The notes: generated from the sequence alone by a model not told the origin. Positions 38,670-54,730 are shown, numbered from the stretch's first letter. The stretch: DNA of 64,000 nucleotides from the human T2T-CHM13v2.0 reference genome, Homo sapiens (GCF_009914755.1 NC_060928.1); one strand, 5' to 3'. A program made the numbers and translations.

Positions 38670-41029
38670 AAAACAAGGTAATTTTTAAAGTGTTAAGTCA
38701 GGGAAGACTAATGTATTACCCATGAAGATCAAGATCTTCTAAAGACCACGGAAGAAGCTAGTAAAATTGACACTCAGCAGTGTTCAACTTCACCGTTTTG
38801 CTTTGTCCACTAACTTATTACAGATTACCAGCAGTACCTCTCCAGCAGCAGACAATGAGGAAAGAAAGCCCTCACTCTGGGCTTCTTGCCAGAGTGGGGC
38901 ATTAAGAAGTGTTTGCTAAGAAGCAAAGCAGCTGCTGACATGCAGTCATAACTAACAGTCATGCCGGTTTTAAATGTGCCTGCTCCCCAACTTGGGCCCA
39001 CACCCTTCTCTCTCTCCCAGCCTGATGGGCCCTCCCTTTGGGCCAAGGCACTGTAAACTACCCAGCCTGTCCTGAATGGGAAGACATTGCATGGCTCCTC
39101 AAAGCATAATTATATGTGCCAAACTTTACATCAGAGAAACAGTCTACATGAGTAAACCTGCCTCCCAAGAGGCACCTCAGATCTTCTCATCACTTCCTCC
39201 TACGTGTTCCATTTAGAGGTTTCCTAATACTGTAATTCCTTCAAGGCTCTTCTTGAAACCCTGCAATATGATAGATACCTAAAATTGTAAAATCAGAGGA
39301 CTAAAAGAGACATTGAGAGGCAATCTGAGTCAAATCTTCTCTGTTTCAGATACAGACACATTTAAACAAACTGCAGATGATAAGAATCTACCACCTGTAT
39401 TATTTTAAGCCTTGAAGACAGAAATGTTATAAAATTTCATAAGAACCCAAGTTATTGACAGTAGTGAGGGATTTACTTCTCATGCCAGTAAAGACCATAA
39501 TGTAGCTTTTGACTAGAAATAACATTAAAGGTTTAAAAAATTATCAGTGTCCTAAAGGAAGGAATTAATGATAAATGGCAATAAAATCAGTGTATTTAAA
39601 TATTTTGTGCTCCTGAATGTGAGTGTCTTCAAGTGATCAGTGTTTAGGGTCTGATAACAAAATGATAAGGAGATGGCTTATGTTGAAGAAAGAATAAAGT
39701 TTATTGATTCTTTCAGTTTTAGAAAGATACTACTGTGCAATTTCTATCCTTTTGCCCTGCAAATATATTAAGAAAAACAAAGGCTTTATCACAAATGAGG
39801 TCATCAGTACATCCGGAAAACATTAGTGCTTCCTCCATAGGTCTGTGCACCGATGTCCATTGATGTTGCTAATAGACTGCATTAAGCAGAGCACCCAGAT
39901 TTCATCCCTCTCCCTCCCCTATACTCTTAACCTCTTAAGTTCTCTTCTACCAGAGAACCACTAGTTATAGTATATTTAGGGCTTCCCTCTAAAGAATTGA
40001 TTGTTTTTATATGCTCACACAAGATGTTCATACATCTGTATATCAAGACCATTGTCCTTTTTAAACAACCACTGAATTATATCCAAACTATAAAAAATCA
40101 ACATACAAAAGCCCAACAAATAACAAATGACCTACATCAGCAGGTGTATTGAATAAGACACTACAGCATATGCAAGGCACTATGGCACGCCCTGCGCAGA
40201 TGCATGGGAGATTAAGATGCAGTCATGGCCTTCAGTGAAACATCTCTCCAGTGAGACAAAGACACCAATAGGCATGGCTCCCTCCATGGCAACCTGTGAT
40301 AGGTACAAGGGAGAGACCTGACAACATGCAATGAAGTACAGAGGAGAAAGAACACGTTTACATCTGCGGGAGAAACTAGGGACAGTTTCATCAAGAAAGT
40401 GGTGTCTGAACTTAACCTTGAAAGAAAGTGAATATTTTCACATCCTTTGGATTACAAGAAGGAAGTCGCAACTCAAATAGGCTTCAATAAAGAAAAAAAT
40501 TTATTTCACATGGCAAGAAGACCAGAGACAGAGAAGACTCTTTGCTCAGCAGAATTCACTTCATGAGTCAGGTGCTCTCCATTTTCTCCCTCATTCTTGG
40601 TGACACTTTCCTCTTTAGTTTGGTAGTAGTAGCTCCGGTATCACATCCAGATATAGCCAAGTCCAAATAAAGAAAGGGGAGAGTCACTTTCATTGGAAAG
40701 ATAAAGTCCTTAGCAGCAGATTTCCTTTGCATCTTATTGGCCTGGATTGGGCCGTATAAAGTTTCTTTAACCAATCTGCAAAGGAAAAGCAGTTACCAAA
40801 ATTGGACTAGACTGCCTCTCCTTTGCAGTGGAAGGGATTTAGGGGAGACACCACAATGGACAGTATGCAGTTAAATAAGCAGAAATGGAGTTTTGGGTAT
40901 TCCAGTGGAGAGAACATCACAAACAAAAGCAAGGAGACAGAAATTGCCAGGCACGATACTAAGATGACCACAAATAAGAGCAGAAGACATGGAAAGAAGA
41001 GGAGGGAAAGGGAGAAGAGGAAAAATAAT

Positions 41030-41260
41030 AATAAAATGTATCATTTATTCACCATTTATGTGCCAGGCCTTCTGCCCAGAAATGAACGTATACCATCATA
41101 CTTAATTCTCACTATGGTTTTGTGAGACATACTATTACCCTCATTTTGCAGATGACAAAACTGAGGCTGACAGAGATTTAGGAGATTGTCCAAGTTCACA
41201 TAGCTAGTAACTGATGGAATCAGGATCTAATTGCAATTGTATTTGATTCCAGAATTCATA
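41030..41260 (-). mobile_element. MIR SINE
   Basis: catttatgtgccagg...cattttgcagatgacaaaactgaggct. Confidence 0.8.
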
Positions 41261-41312
41261 TTTTGAGAGACACAGGAATCTAAGTCTAACTCAGCTAAAG
41301 AATTGTATACAT

Positions 41313-41686
<374 letters not shown>

Positions 41687-42536
41687 CTAGGAAATACAGG
41701 AAAACAGGAAATAATGGGGTCAGTATTGTGGAGAACTTAACAACTTAAGTAAGTGTTCATTCCACAGGCCAAAGGAGATATCCGAAAATCTTTGAGTGGA
41801 AACGAGGTCAATATTAGAACCGGATTTTAACAGGAATATTCTGTCATTGATTTGTAAAATGGATTATGATGGGAAATCAGACAACTGAATGATGGGAAAA
41901 GCTATGGCAACAATCTGGCAAATCATAGCAAGGACTTGAATTAACAGCAGTGGGGCTAGGGAAAATAAATGAATTTTATAGGCATTTGGCAACTGATTGT
42001 AGGATCTGAGGGATTAAGGAGAGGAGGGATGGAGGATGACTCAGAGCTTTGAGGTCTTGGATGCTGAATGGATGGTGGTATTATTCAGATTAGAATGGAC
42101 ATCAAGGGGAGTTCTTAGTTGTTTGTAGAAGGAAAGGCAAGACTTTATTACTAACTTCTTATAACTGTCCTTGATGAGAACCTTGATATTTAGAACAAAA
42201 TGAGCAGCAAAACAGGAAAGATCAGTGCTAGAGACTTCCCTGTCTCAAAGACGCTTCAGGGAAGGAAACACACAAATTAGTTATGTTTTTCTGGCTTTCC
42301 ATATCTGTCTTTAATTTCCTTTCCTTGGCCCCATCATTGTTTGGCACTGCTCTGTTAGAAAACATAATAAAATGTAAGAGAAAATATAATTTAAATAAAT
42401 CCATTTTGCTACTTGTCAATAAAAGTTTTGACTACAAAAGGAGTTTGCTGGAGGGAAACCTAACTAAGAAAATCGAGATTCACAAAAATAAGTAGGTAAA
42501 GCTCATATAATATGCAAACATATCTCCTTCCTTTCA

Positions 42537-42876
<340 letters not shown>

Positions 42877-43150
42877 TACTTCCCCCAAACATGGCTTAAT
42901 TTGCAAACACACACCTAGTTTATAGATTTAAAGCTGCTCTAAGTAAGATCACAGTTGGGTTTTTGCTATGATTTCATTTTTCCTTGTTCTCCTTGGCTAT
43001 CATGGTCATTGTTAAGAAACCCACAATTTTACTACTGCAGTTCCTAAATATTAATGTAGCTCTAGGCCCAGAAGCTAATCAATGAAAAAGTATTTGCAGA
43101 TTGAGCTATATTAGAATGTAGCGATTTCTATTTTGTATTACCATGCATGC

Positions 43151-43742
43151 TGTATTGGCTTTTCCTTGCTGAGTAATGAATTACCACAAGTTTAGTAGCT
43201 TAAAACCACACCCATTTATTGGGTCGCAGTCCTGTAAGCCAGAGTCCTGTGTGGCATGACAGGATTCCTAATTAGGATGTCATAAGGCTGAAATTAAGTT
43301 GTCAGCTGGCTGAGTTTGGCAGTTCTGGGGAAAATCCACTTCGAACCTCCTATTTGTTGTTAGCAGAATTCAGTCCCTTGCAGTCCTAGGACTGAAGTGT
43401 CCCTTTCCTTGATAGCCACTGGCCACCTCCTAGAGGCCATTCTCAGGCCTTTTCCATGTGGCTCCATAGGCAGGTCACAATATGATGTTTGCTTGCTTCC
43501 AGGCCAGCTAGAGAGCGTTTTTAGGACCCCCGTTTTTAAAACCAGCCAAGAAAACCCTTTGTTTTTAAAGAATTCATGTGATTAGGTAAGCCCTACTCAG
43601 ATAATATCGTTATTTTAACATCAACTGATCAATAACCTTAATTACATCTCCAAAATCCTTTTGCCATGTAAAATAACATAATCATAGGAACATCACTAGA
43701 AAGTAGACATCATGGGGCCATCTTAGAATTCTACCTACCACA
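43151..43742 (-). mobile_element. MLT1E-like MaLR solo LTR
   Basis: ttaccacaagtttagtagcttaaaac...ggggccatcttagaattctacctaccaca. 5-bp TSD catgc. Confidence 0.87.
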
Positions 43743-46700
43743 CATGCTAATAGCTGTGGTACAGCTGCAAATAGCTCATTTCCACCATTATTCGTATTCT
43801 TGTATATAACAGCTATGGTAGCTATTATAAATTCCTCATAAATTCTGGATAACTTTTCTTTTTAGTTATTCTCCAATATGTCTGTCTATTTTCTTTTCTT
43901 ATACTTGACTTTTAAAAATTGTATTCCTTTTGTCTTACTCCATTCTGCTACACTTGCGTTTTCTTTTTCCATTTATTTCTCCTTTCTTATTCATCTTTGT
44001 TCTACCCATCTCTACACCCCTCTTTCTCTGTTTTCAGGTAAAGTTATTGTCATTTGAGTGTCTTTTACACACAAGTGCTCTGTAATTAGTTATAATAATA
44101 GGTTACACTTCTGTAATGTCTCCAGTCAAAACCTCAAAGCTTACAAGCATGAATTATGCCTCATAATGTATTTGTGAAGAAGAGAAAGGTGATTATTCCA
44201 TTTTACAGTTGGGAAAACGAAGACTCAAAGGGATAGAATGTGTTCCCTAAGTCACCCAGTTAGTAGAGAAATAGAAGGGTTGAAGCCTGGTCGTGTGTCT
44301 TCCCCTGCCTCTGAGAATTCTTGGGGAACTTTTAAAAATCCCTCCCTGTGATTCTCACTTCAGGGTGTATCTTTCTTTGCTGCCAGCTGGAATTGATGCA
44401 GGGGTGATATGCTCAGGAAGGAGCTGCCGGTGACTGCAAGGCCTGACAGCATGCGTGGAGGGATGTTGTACAGGTGAAAGAATCAGTGCCAAATCCTACC
44501 AGTGGTCAGATTTAATTGAAGAGTGGGAAGCCCCTGAACTAAAAGGGACCATGGACACTATCTAGTTTTTACTTGACAAGTTATAAAAATGGGACTCAGA
44601 GAAGTGAAGGGACTTCAGCTTTATACTAGAATGAGCTCAGAGCCGAGCCGGTGTCACGGTCCAAGTGTTGGAGCTCACAGAGCAATGACCTTTCTGTTGT
44701 GTCTACACTGCATTACTATACTCTTCACTACCCTCTACAGGTAGGGGGAGAAAGGGGAAGTTGGGGGCCTGGGGAGTGGCCTGGGCTGAAAGTATTTGGG
44801 GTGGGGAAGGAAGGAATGACATTGAAATGTGTGTTAAATGTATGCATACCTAATATGCTTCCTAGAGATGTATGGGGAAATTCTATCTCCTGATCAACAA
44901 TGCTTGCAAGGGAACCAAACCATTTGTTCTTTATCCGTGGCTTCATTCTGGTTCCTACTGGTAAAAGGGAGTTGGTCTTATTTTCTATTTTTCACACCCT
45001 TTTATCTTAAAATATTTTTCTAATTTCCAAACTCTCCTCACTCCCAACCACTATGTTCTTGCCCCACAGAAGAGTGTTTGAAGACAAGATAAAATGGTCA
45101 GACTAATTTAAGGGGAACACAGTTAGAATTAGTCTGAGCAATGTGACTTTCTCAATCTCTTTAGTCTTCTACTGTTCTATAAAAGGGAATGGGCATTGGT
45201 TATAAGAAGATCCATCTTACAATTGTAAAGTTGTCTTTCTTAAATAAGGAAATGCTCTTAAAGGTACTTTTGAAGATAATCTTTCACAGACACACACAGA
45301 CTCATCCTATGGAGAAGCGACATTTGTGTAAATATTTCATGTGCACAGGTGGAGGCAAAAGGCTATCCTGTGGATGGTTCACAGGCACTCAATACTCAAA
45401 CCAGAAAATTGCAAAACAGCAGGAAAATGGCAGAATTTGTAGTTTTATTGTGCCTGAAATCTTCAAGTGAACTTGCCTGTGACCTTTCTTCATTATAGGT
45501 TTTATGGCTTTCCTTTTTTACCTGTAGAGCTGAAACATGAAGCCTATGAAAATTCAGAAAATTCATGGATTTGTCCACTTTAAAATTTTCAAAAATAAAT
45601 TTATTTTTCAGGACATTTATTATTTTGACCATAAAATCTTTAAAAAGAAACCTGTCTGCCTAGATCTAGCTTGACACAGCCACCGAAGCTTCCTGAAATA
45701 CTGTATGTTTAAATTGAATTTGAAAATTTAGTGTAGATAAATGAACTTCATGGAGGAATGTTTTTCACTAAATTGAATTGTCAAAAATTGACAGCAATTA
45801 TTTTTCAAGGTAAAGCTTTCTGAAGGTCCAGTTCTCACTCTCCTCCTAAGTATACCTTAAAAATTAGGTATACACTAGTTTTTTGTCCTAAAACACACAT
45901 ATAATTCTCAATTTTGAGACACCATTTTTACTATAATAATTGTGATCCATTATTTGTACTTTTTCAATATTACAAAGGTAAGATTTTGAGGCACATTTAT
46001 AAAAATGCTCTAAATTATATTAAAGTCATTAACATGCTTAATACAGAAAAATGTTTTGAACTATAAAATACAGGATATGGGTATATATTCTAGCTTTTGT
46101 TTGATACTTTGCATAATTAAGTGCTAAAAATCATACTTTTACAGACTATTACAAGAGTTGGGGGAAACTAATGACATAATATTCGGTGAAAAATCAGGAC
46201 AGTTTTGGGGGCTCCTGTCCTTGACAAGCATCCTCCTCCTACCTGCCACCATCTATCCCGAACAAAGTAGTAAGTGTTAGGATTTTGATGGCTGGCAAGC
46301 TGATACATTTCAACGTCCCTTATGGTTTCGTGTTTTTCTTTCATGTTACAAAATTAGCAATAAAGGAGAACTTCCTTAACTTGGTAAACATTACACAAAG
46401 CAAACATTATAATGAAGAAACTTTAGATGCTTAAGATTGTGAATACTATGCCCACTGTCATTGCTATAAGTAAAATCAAGGAGATAAGAGGTGTAAGCAT
46501 TGGGAAGGAAGAGATGGCATTGCCATTATTTTCTAACGATGTGTTTATCTATCCAGAATACTTGCATAGTAAACTATTAGAACTACTACGTCAGCTGAAC
46601 AATGTTTTTGGATCTAAGGTCAACTTACAACCCTCAGTAATGATCACAATTTCTCTACATTGCAAGTGATTACTTTTAAATATTTATAAAAGACCATGCA

Positions 46701-47304
46701 CAGTAGCATTTTAAAATCTTTAAAGTGTCTAGGAATCAACAAAGAATTAATGATATCTGTGTGAAGAAAATATTAAACAATATTAAAGGACATAAAGGAA
46801 AATCTGATATAATGGAGAAAGCATTCCGTGCTCCTAGATGGAATGATTTAATATTATAGAAATGTTGTTTCTCCTCCTCACTGATACATCTACAAATTCA
46901 TCTATAAATATAGCTCAAATCACTTTTTTAAAGAATTAAATAAATTTATTCTTAAATTTACATGGGAGGGAAAAGTCCATGAATATCTAAACCAATTTTG
47001 AAAAAAAGCACACACACAAAGAAAGATAAGTTGCCTTACCAAAATAAAAACATACCACAAAGCCATAATTAAAATGATGTAATAATATAAGCACAAAATC
47101 CAGTGGAGTAGAACTAAGGAGTCAGAAGTAAACTCATGTATAAATGGGAGTGTAAAAGTGAAAGTGGTACCACAAACCACTGGAGAAAGTATACTTTGGT
47201 AAATGGTATTGGGAAAACTGACTCACTATAGGGAGAAAGGTCAAGCTGAACTTCGTTGGATTACAGATCTAAATGTAAAACATTACATCATAAAATCAAC
47301 TTAT

Positions 47305-48065
47305 TTATACATTAATTCAGCATATATTTATTGAGTATATACTCTGTGCTAAGCACTGCTCTAGGTACCAAGCATACTTCAGTTTGCAAAGTAGACCAAG
47401 CTCGCTACCTTTGAGGAGTTTACATTCTAGCAGAGGAGACAGACAACGACAATCAACATAACAAATAATAATAATCAAGTAAGGGGAAAAAGGGAATAAG
47501 GGTGAGGTAGGAAGTGCAAAGGTATGGAGTCACAATTCTAAAAGGGGTACTCACAGTACAATTTAATGAGGAAGTGATGGTAGAACAGAGGCTTGAAAAC
47601 AGTGAGGGAGTTGGCCATGCAGGTATTTGGAGGAAGAGTATTACGGGAAGAGGGCAAAGGCCCTAAGGGAAGCTGTACCTGTCATGTTCTAGGAACAGGA
47701 AAGACACCAGTGTGGCTAGAGCTGAGCAAGTTTAGGGCTTGACGTGGGAATTCACTGGAAGTTTTAAGCAGAGGAATGACATCATTTTATCTATACTTTT
47801 CAAGAATCCCTGGCTGCTGAGTTGCAAAAGACAGCAAGGGGGAAAAGGTAATTGCAATAATCCAAATGAGAGATGATGGGATGGTGGGTTGGGTGGTAGC
47901 AGTAGAGGAGATGGAACGAGGTGGTTAGACTACAGATACATTTTGAAACCAAAGCCATCAGATTTCCTGGTACATTGAGCGAGGGGTGTGAAAAAGGGGT
48001 GAGTCCAGGATGATCTGGATTTTTGGTCTAAGAAAATGGAAGGATAGAATTGTCATTGATTAAGG
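47305..48065 (-). mobile_element. L2 LINE 3' portion
   Basis: tatttattgagtatatactctgtgctaagcactgctctagg...gagtttacattctag...ttttaagcagaggaatgacat. Confidence 0.85.
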
Positions 48066-48616
48066 AAATAGAGTAAAATACAGTATTACAGATTTCAAAC
48101 TCGTGGTGGAGAAGTACTTCTTAAATAAAACTCCAAGTGCAAAGCGGAAAGCCAAACTTTGATTACTTTGATTATATCAATATTAAGGATTTCCATTACA
48201 TGAAGAACACCATGGAAAACGTTGACAAACTGATGAAGGCTGGAGAAATTATTTAAAATTTCTAAAATTAATAAGTGATTAATATCTGAAATATATCAGA
48301 AAGTCTTACAAATCAAACAATAACAACAAAAACAGACCATAATTTTTTTAAATGGCCAAAATAAGATCCTCAGAAGAGATAAACAAAAGACAATCACATT
48401 AGAAATAGAGTCATTAAGAAATTACAGAAACTCAAAAATGATGAGATATTACATTACACCTATTGTATTTGAAAAATCAGAAAACATCATCATAGCTCAT
48501 GATGTCAGAGACATGGGAACACTTGTGTGCTGCTGAAAGGAGGGTAGAAGAGTGTGTACAAACTATCAGTGTTTACTCAAATTGGGTATACACTTCTCTA
48601 TGACCCAGCAATCTCA

Positions 48617-48997
<381 letters not shown>

Positions 48998-49246
48998 TCA
49001 CTTCAATGTTATTTGATAGTAAAGGATTGGAAACAGTCTAAGTATCCATTTCTGAGGGAATGCATAAATAAAAAATGAGAGATACTACCATAAAATGTTA
49101 CATGGAGGCTAAAAATGAAAGGATTGAAAGTACACACAGCAACGTGGATGGATCTTAAAATATAATGTTGAAGGAAAAACAGTAAATAACATAATTGTAT
49201 ATATAGCCAAATATATATAAATATTTATGTAAATTAAAAATACACA

Positions 49247-49528
49247 GGTTGGGTGCAGTTGCTCATGCTTGTAATGCCAGCACTTTGGGAGGCCTAGGCA
49301 GGAGGATTGCTTGAGCCCAGGAGTTTGAGACCAGCCTGACCAAGATGGCCAGACTTCATCCGTACAAAAAATAAAAAATAAATTAGCCAGGTATGGTGGC
49401 CTACGCCTGTAGTCTCAGCTACTGGAGAGGCTGAGGCAGGAGACTCTTTTAAGCCCAAGATTCAAGGCACTATGATTACACCACTGCACTCCAACCTGGG
49501 CAACAGAGCGACACCCCATCTCTAAAAA
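49247..49528 (+). mobile_element. AluJ-like SINE
   Basis: Diverged dimer with a short tail. Confidence 0.9.
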
Positions 49529-49585
49529 TATATGTATGTATACATAGACTTGTGATACATCCATACAATGAAATACGACTCACTA

Positions 49586-49939
49586 GACTAGGCCCTCCAT
49601 ATCCACAGGTTCTGCATCCTCAGATTCTACCAACTTCCAGTAGAAAATATTCAGAAAAAAAAATTTAAAAAACCACAATAACAATAAAATAACAGCAAAG
49701 AAAAATAACAATAAAATAATACCAATAAAAATATAGTATAACAACTATTTACATAGCATTTACATTGTGTTAGGTATTATAAGTAATCTATAGATGATTT
49801 AAAGTATATGAGAGGATATGCATAGGTTATATGCAAATACTGTGCCATTTTATATAAGATACTCGAGCATTTACAAATTGTGTACGGGGAGTCTGGAGGG
49901 GAACTCTTGGAACCACTCGATATATTCTGAGGGATGACT
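49586..49939. mobile_element. MER2-like Tigger-family MITE
   Basis: ggccctccatatcc...gtataacaactatttacatagcatttacattgt...gagggatgact. Confidence 0.88.
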
Positions 49940-50438
49940 TTAATAATAAAGAATGAACTACTGATGCATGCAACAACTTGGATAGATTTCGTGGGAATTG
50001 TGCTCAGCAGAAAAAAAGCCAATCTCAAAAGGTTGGCATACAAATCCAAGAAATACAGAGAACCTCAGATAGATACTATATAAAACAATCATCCCCAAGT
50101 CACATAGTCAACAGATTCACCAACGCCAACAAAAAGAAAAAAATCTTAAAGGCAGCTAGAGAGGAATCAAGTCACATACAGAGCGAGCTTCATCAGGCAG
50201 ACCTCTCAGCAGAAATCTTACAAGCCAGAAGATATTGAGGGCCTATTTTCAGCATCTTTAAAGAAAAGAAATTCCAACCAAGAATTTCATATCCTGCCAA
50301 AATAAGCTTCATAAGTGAAGGAGAAATAAAATCCTCAGACAAGCTAATATTGAAGGAATTTGTTTCAACTAGATCAGCCTTCCATGAGGTTCTTGAAGGA
50401 GTGCTAAACATGGAATCAAAAGAATAACACCTGCTACT

Positions 50439-50748
<310 letters not shown>

Positions 50749-51049
50749 CTACCACACAAACACATGTAAGCATATAGCCCACAGGCACTATAAAGTAACT
50801 ACACAATCACACAATCAAGTCTATATAACAACCAGCTAAAAATATGATGACAAGATCAAAATCACACATATCAATATTAACCTTAAATGTAAATGGACTA
50901 AGCACCCCCACTTGGAAGACATGGAGTGGAAAGCTAAATAAAAAGGCAAGATCCAACCTGTTTAATGGCATTCACAGAATCAAAGTAAAGGAATGAAGAA
51001 CAATCTACCATGCAAACAGAAACAAAAGGAGAAAAGGAGTCACTATTCT

Positions 51050-51338
51050 TGTATATATTTGTGTCTCTGCCCAAATTTCATGTTGAATTGGAGGAGGTGC
51101 CTGCTTGTGTGTCACCTCTTTCCCCTTTATTTTCTCTCTCTCTCTCTCCTGTCACCATGTGAAGAAGGTCTTTGCTCCCCCTTTGCCTTCTGCTATGATT
51201 GTAAGGTTCCTGAGGCCACCCAGTCATGCTTCCTGCTAAGCTTGGTGAATTGAATTGTGAGTCCATTAAGCCTCTTTGCTTCATAAATTATCCAGTCTTA
51301 GGTAGTTCTTTATAGCAGTGTTAAAATGGACTAATGCA
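51050..51338 (+). mobile_element. MSTA-like MaLR LTR (internally deleted) inside L1
   Basis: gccttctgctatgattgtaagg.tcctgaggcc...ctttatagcagtgttaaaatggactaatgca. Confidence 0.85.
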
Positions 51339-51540
51339 ACATTACATAATGATACAGGGTACAATCCAACAAAAAAACTTAACTATCTTAAATATATACA
51401 CACCCAACATCAGAGCACACAGATTCATAAAATATGTTATTTGTGGCCTACAAAAAGACTTAGACAACCACACAGTAATAGTGAGAGACTTCAACACCCT
51501 ACTGACAGCATTAGACTGATTATTAAGGTAGAAAACTAAG

Positions 51541-51900
51541 ATTTTCTGCATATGGCTAGCCAGTTTTCCCAGCACCATTTACTGAATAGGACATCCTTTT
51601 CCCATTGCTTGTTTTTGGCAGTTTTGTTGAAGATCAGATGGTTGTAGATATGTGGTGTCATTTCTGAGGTCTCTGTTCTGCTCCATTGGTCTATTTGTCT
51701 GTTTTGGTACCAGTACCATGCTGTTTTGGTTACTGTAGCCTTGTAGTATAGCTTGAAGTCAGGTAGCATGATGCCCCCAGCTTTGTTCTCTTTGCTTAGG
51801 ATTGTCTTGGCTATATGGGGTCTTCTCTGATTCCATATGAAATTTAAAATAGTTTTTTCTAATTCTGTGAAGAATGTCAATAGTAGTTTGATGGGAATAA
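51541..51900 (-). mobile_element. Inverted L1 ORF2 segment
   Basis: Translates [21 protein letters not shown]....[28 protein letters not shown]...[13 protein letters not shown]. Confidence 0.95.
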
Positions 51901-52287
51901 AACCATCAAATAAGAACAAATCAACCCCACTGCTACCATGGAATACTACACAGCCATAAAAAGAATGCAGTCATGTCCTTTGAAGCAACATGGATGGAGC
52001 TGGAGGAAATTATCCTATGCAAATTAATGCAGGAACAGTCTCCTAAGCAAATTAACATAGGAACAGAAAATCAAATAACACATGTTCTTTCTCATAAGTG
52101 GGAGCTAAAGATTGGCTACTCATGAACATAAAATGGCAACAGTAGACACTGGAGACTACTAGATGGAGGAGGGAGTTGACATGAAAAACTACCCATTGAG
52201 TCCTATGCTCACTACCTGGGTGCAATATACCCATATAACAAATCTGCACATGTACTTCCTGTATCTGAAATAAAAGTTGAAATTTAA

Positions 52288-52626
<339 letters not shown>

Positions 52627-53859
52627 AAAGAATTTTAAATATTAAAAAGGTATCGACTACTTGATAGGTACTGTTCTTAACAAGAACTTTTGGGAAGAAT
52701 TTTACAATCCATAAAACGTACTTCTCTGAAAAAATCCTCTAAAAATTTTTATCTCAACTCCTTTTCCACAATTAAACAGAATAAAAATGCCTCAGGAAAA
52801 AAGTCATTAATTTATTTCGTGAAAGATTTCCTGTAAGTTTCACAGCAACCTTGAAAACTCATGCTAATGATTCAAATTTCTCACAATAAGAAATTCCTAA
52901 CAATCTATTTTTTTCACGCTGTAATAAAATTTTTAAATTATTTTATATTTAATAATCTTGCAGTAATTTAGAATATGAAAAAGAGGGAAAAGAAACTTTT
53001 TGAGATGATGAAAATATTCTATATCTTTACTGTAATAGTACTTGCACAGATGTATACATTTGCAAAAACTTATTGGACTTCAAATGCTTTAAATGAGTGC
53101 ATTTTACTAAATGTAAGTTGTACTTCCATAAAACTGAGTTTTTTGAAATTTCTCTTTTAACCCAAAATATTTAAAATGTTTCCATAAACACCATTTTAAA
53201 TAGTTTTAATATTCTTCAAGTAGTATTACCTTAATAAAACATATCCCAGAATTTCTCATCCAAATATTTTGATCCCCTTGAAAACATTATACAGAGTTTA
53301 CACTTATGTGGAGCCCTAATAACTGATTTTAAGCAAAGCTCTGTATGCTTCTAGAATAGACTTTCTCTTGACAAGTCTTTCACATTTCAGGACCATGCTG
53401 AATCACTAATAACAGAGTAAGATAATATTACATGGTTGCTCCAGTATATCGTAATTCCCACTATATATAGATTCAGACATGCTTTCTCTAAAGAAACCTA
53501 GAATATTACAGCTGGGACAAAACATTTAGTATGGTGGTTTGCAAACTGCTGGGGTTTTTTTTGTTTGTTGTTTGTTTTGGCAACTGAAACTCTCCCTTCA
53601 AGTTGTATCACACACAGAAGCCTAATGTACAAAGTAAATAAAAACTAAGCTTTTTTGGTTTTAGCAGAGGCGAAGAACACCAGAGCTTATCCCACTGGTC
53701 CTAGTATCACCTACAACAACAACCCTGATGTAGCTCCAAGGAACCCCCAGGTTGGAATCCAGTTGAAAATACTGCTAGAATTCAGAGGATAAATGGCATC
53801 TTTCTTTTATTCCTTTAGGAATAAACACCTTAGGGTGTTTGATCAGGTGATCCCTTCTC

Positions 53860-54210
53860 CTGGAGCATTCTTCTGACAGATATCCAAAGTACTGATTCAC
53901 TCATCCCCTTCAAGTTACTGCACAGATGTCTTCTTCTCAGTGAAGCCTACACAAACCTCCCTATTTCATATTGCCACCAAACCACTTCCACTATCAGCAC
54001 TCTCATTTCTCTTTACCCTCTTCTCAATTTTTTCTTTTCCAAGGATCTATTATCTCTCTAAGCATATAATTTATTATGCTTATTGATTTTTTTTCTATCT
54101 CTCTCCTATTAGAATATAAGCTCTTTAAGAAATGGGACTTTTCTTTGTTCATTATTGTATCCAAAGAGCTTAGAATAGCACCTGGCACCTAGTTGACATT
54201 CAGTGTATAT
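53860..54210 (+). mobile_element. L2 3' fragment
   Basis: tagaatataagctc...gttcattattgtatcc...tagcacctggcac. Confidence 0.75.
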
Positions 54211-54507
54211 TGGCCATGAAAGTATCATAGGTCACTTAAGATTGTGGCAAAGTCCCTTGATTTCTTGTCTTATATACCTACCTTTTTCTAGTTCACTTTG
54301 AATTTTCTCATATGACAAAATGAGCGGGGTGAAAATTTAATTGGTTTTTTTCTTCTCTCATGTGAGTGCAAAGCCAGTAGGTTATATGACTGAAACTCTT
54401 GAGTGCCCGAACCAATCCCAATCACTCAGTAGAGTGTCAAAATTTGGACAAAGATGCACTCATCAGCTGGCTACTTCATAGGATACATATGTATACATAT
54501 ATGTGTG

Positions 54508-54730
54508 CGGACTCAAAGATGGGAACAATAGACTCCAAGGGAGGATGAGAAGAGAGCAAGGATGGAAAATTACCTATCGGGTACTATGCTCACTACATGG
54601 GTGACAAAATAATTTGTACATCAAACCCCAATGACACACAATTTACTCATGTAACAAACCTGCACAAGTTTGTGCATTTTTTAAAATTTTTATTATTATT
54701 ATTATGTACCCCCAAACCTAAAAGTTTAAA
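54508..54730 (+). mobile_element. L1 3' end fragment (L1PB/old L1PA-like)
   Basis: ttacctatcgggtactatgctcactac...tgtaacaaacctgcaca. Confidence 0.85.

Noticed and set aside
51536-51919. 127-aa ORF as a host CDS
   Set aside because: It is a fragment of L1 ORF2.
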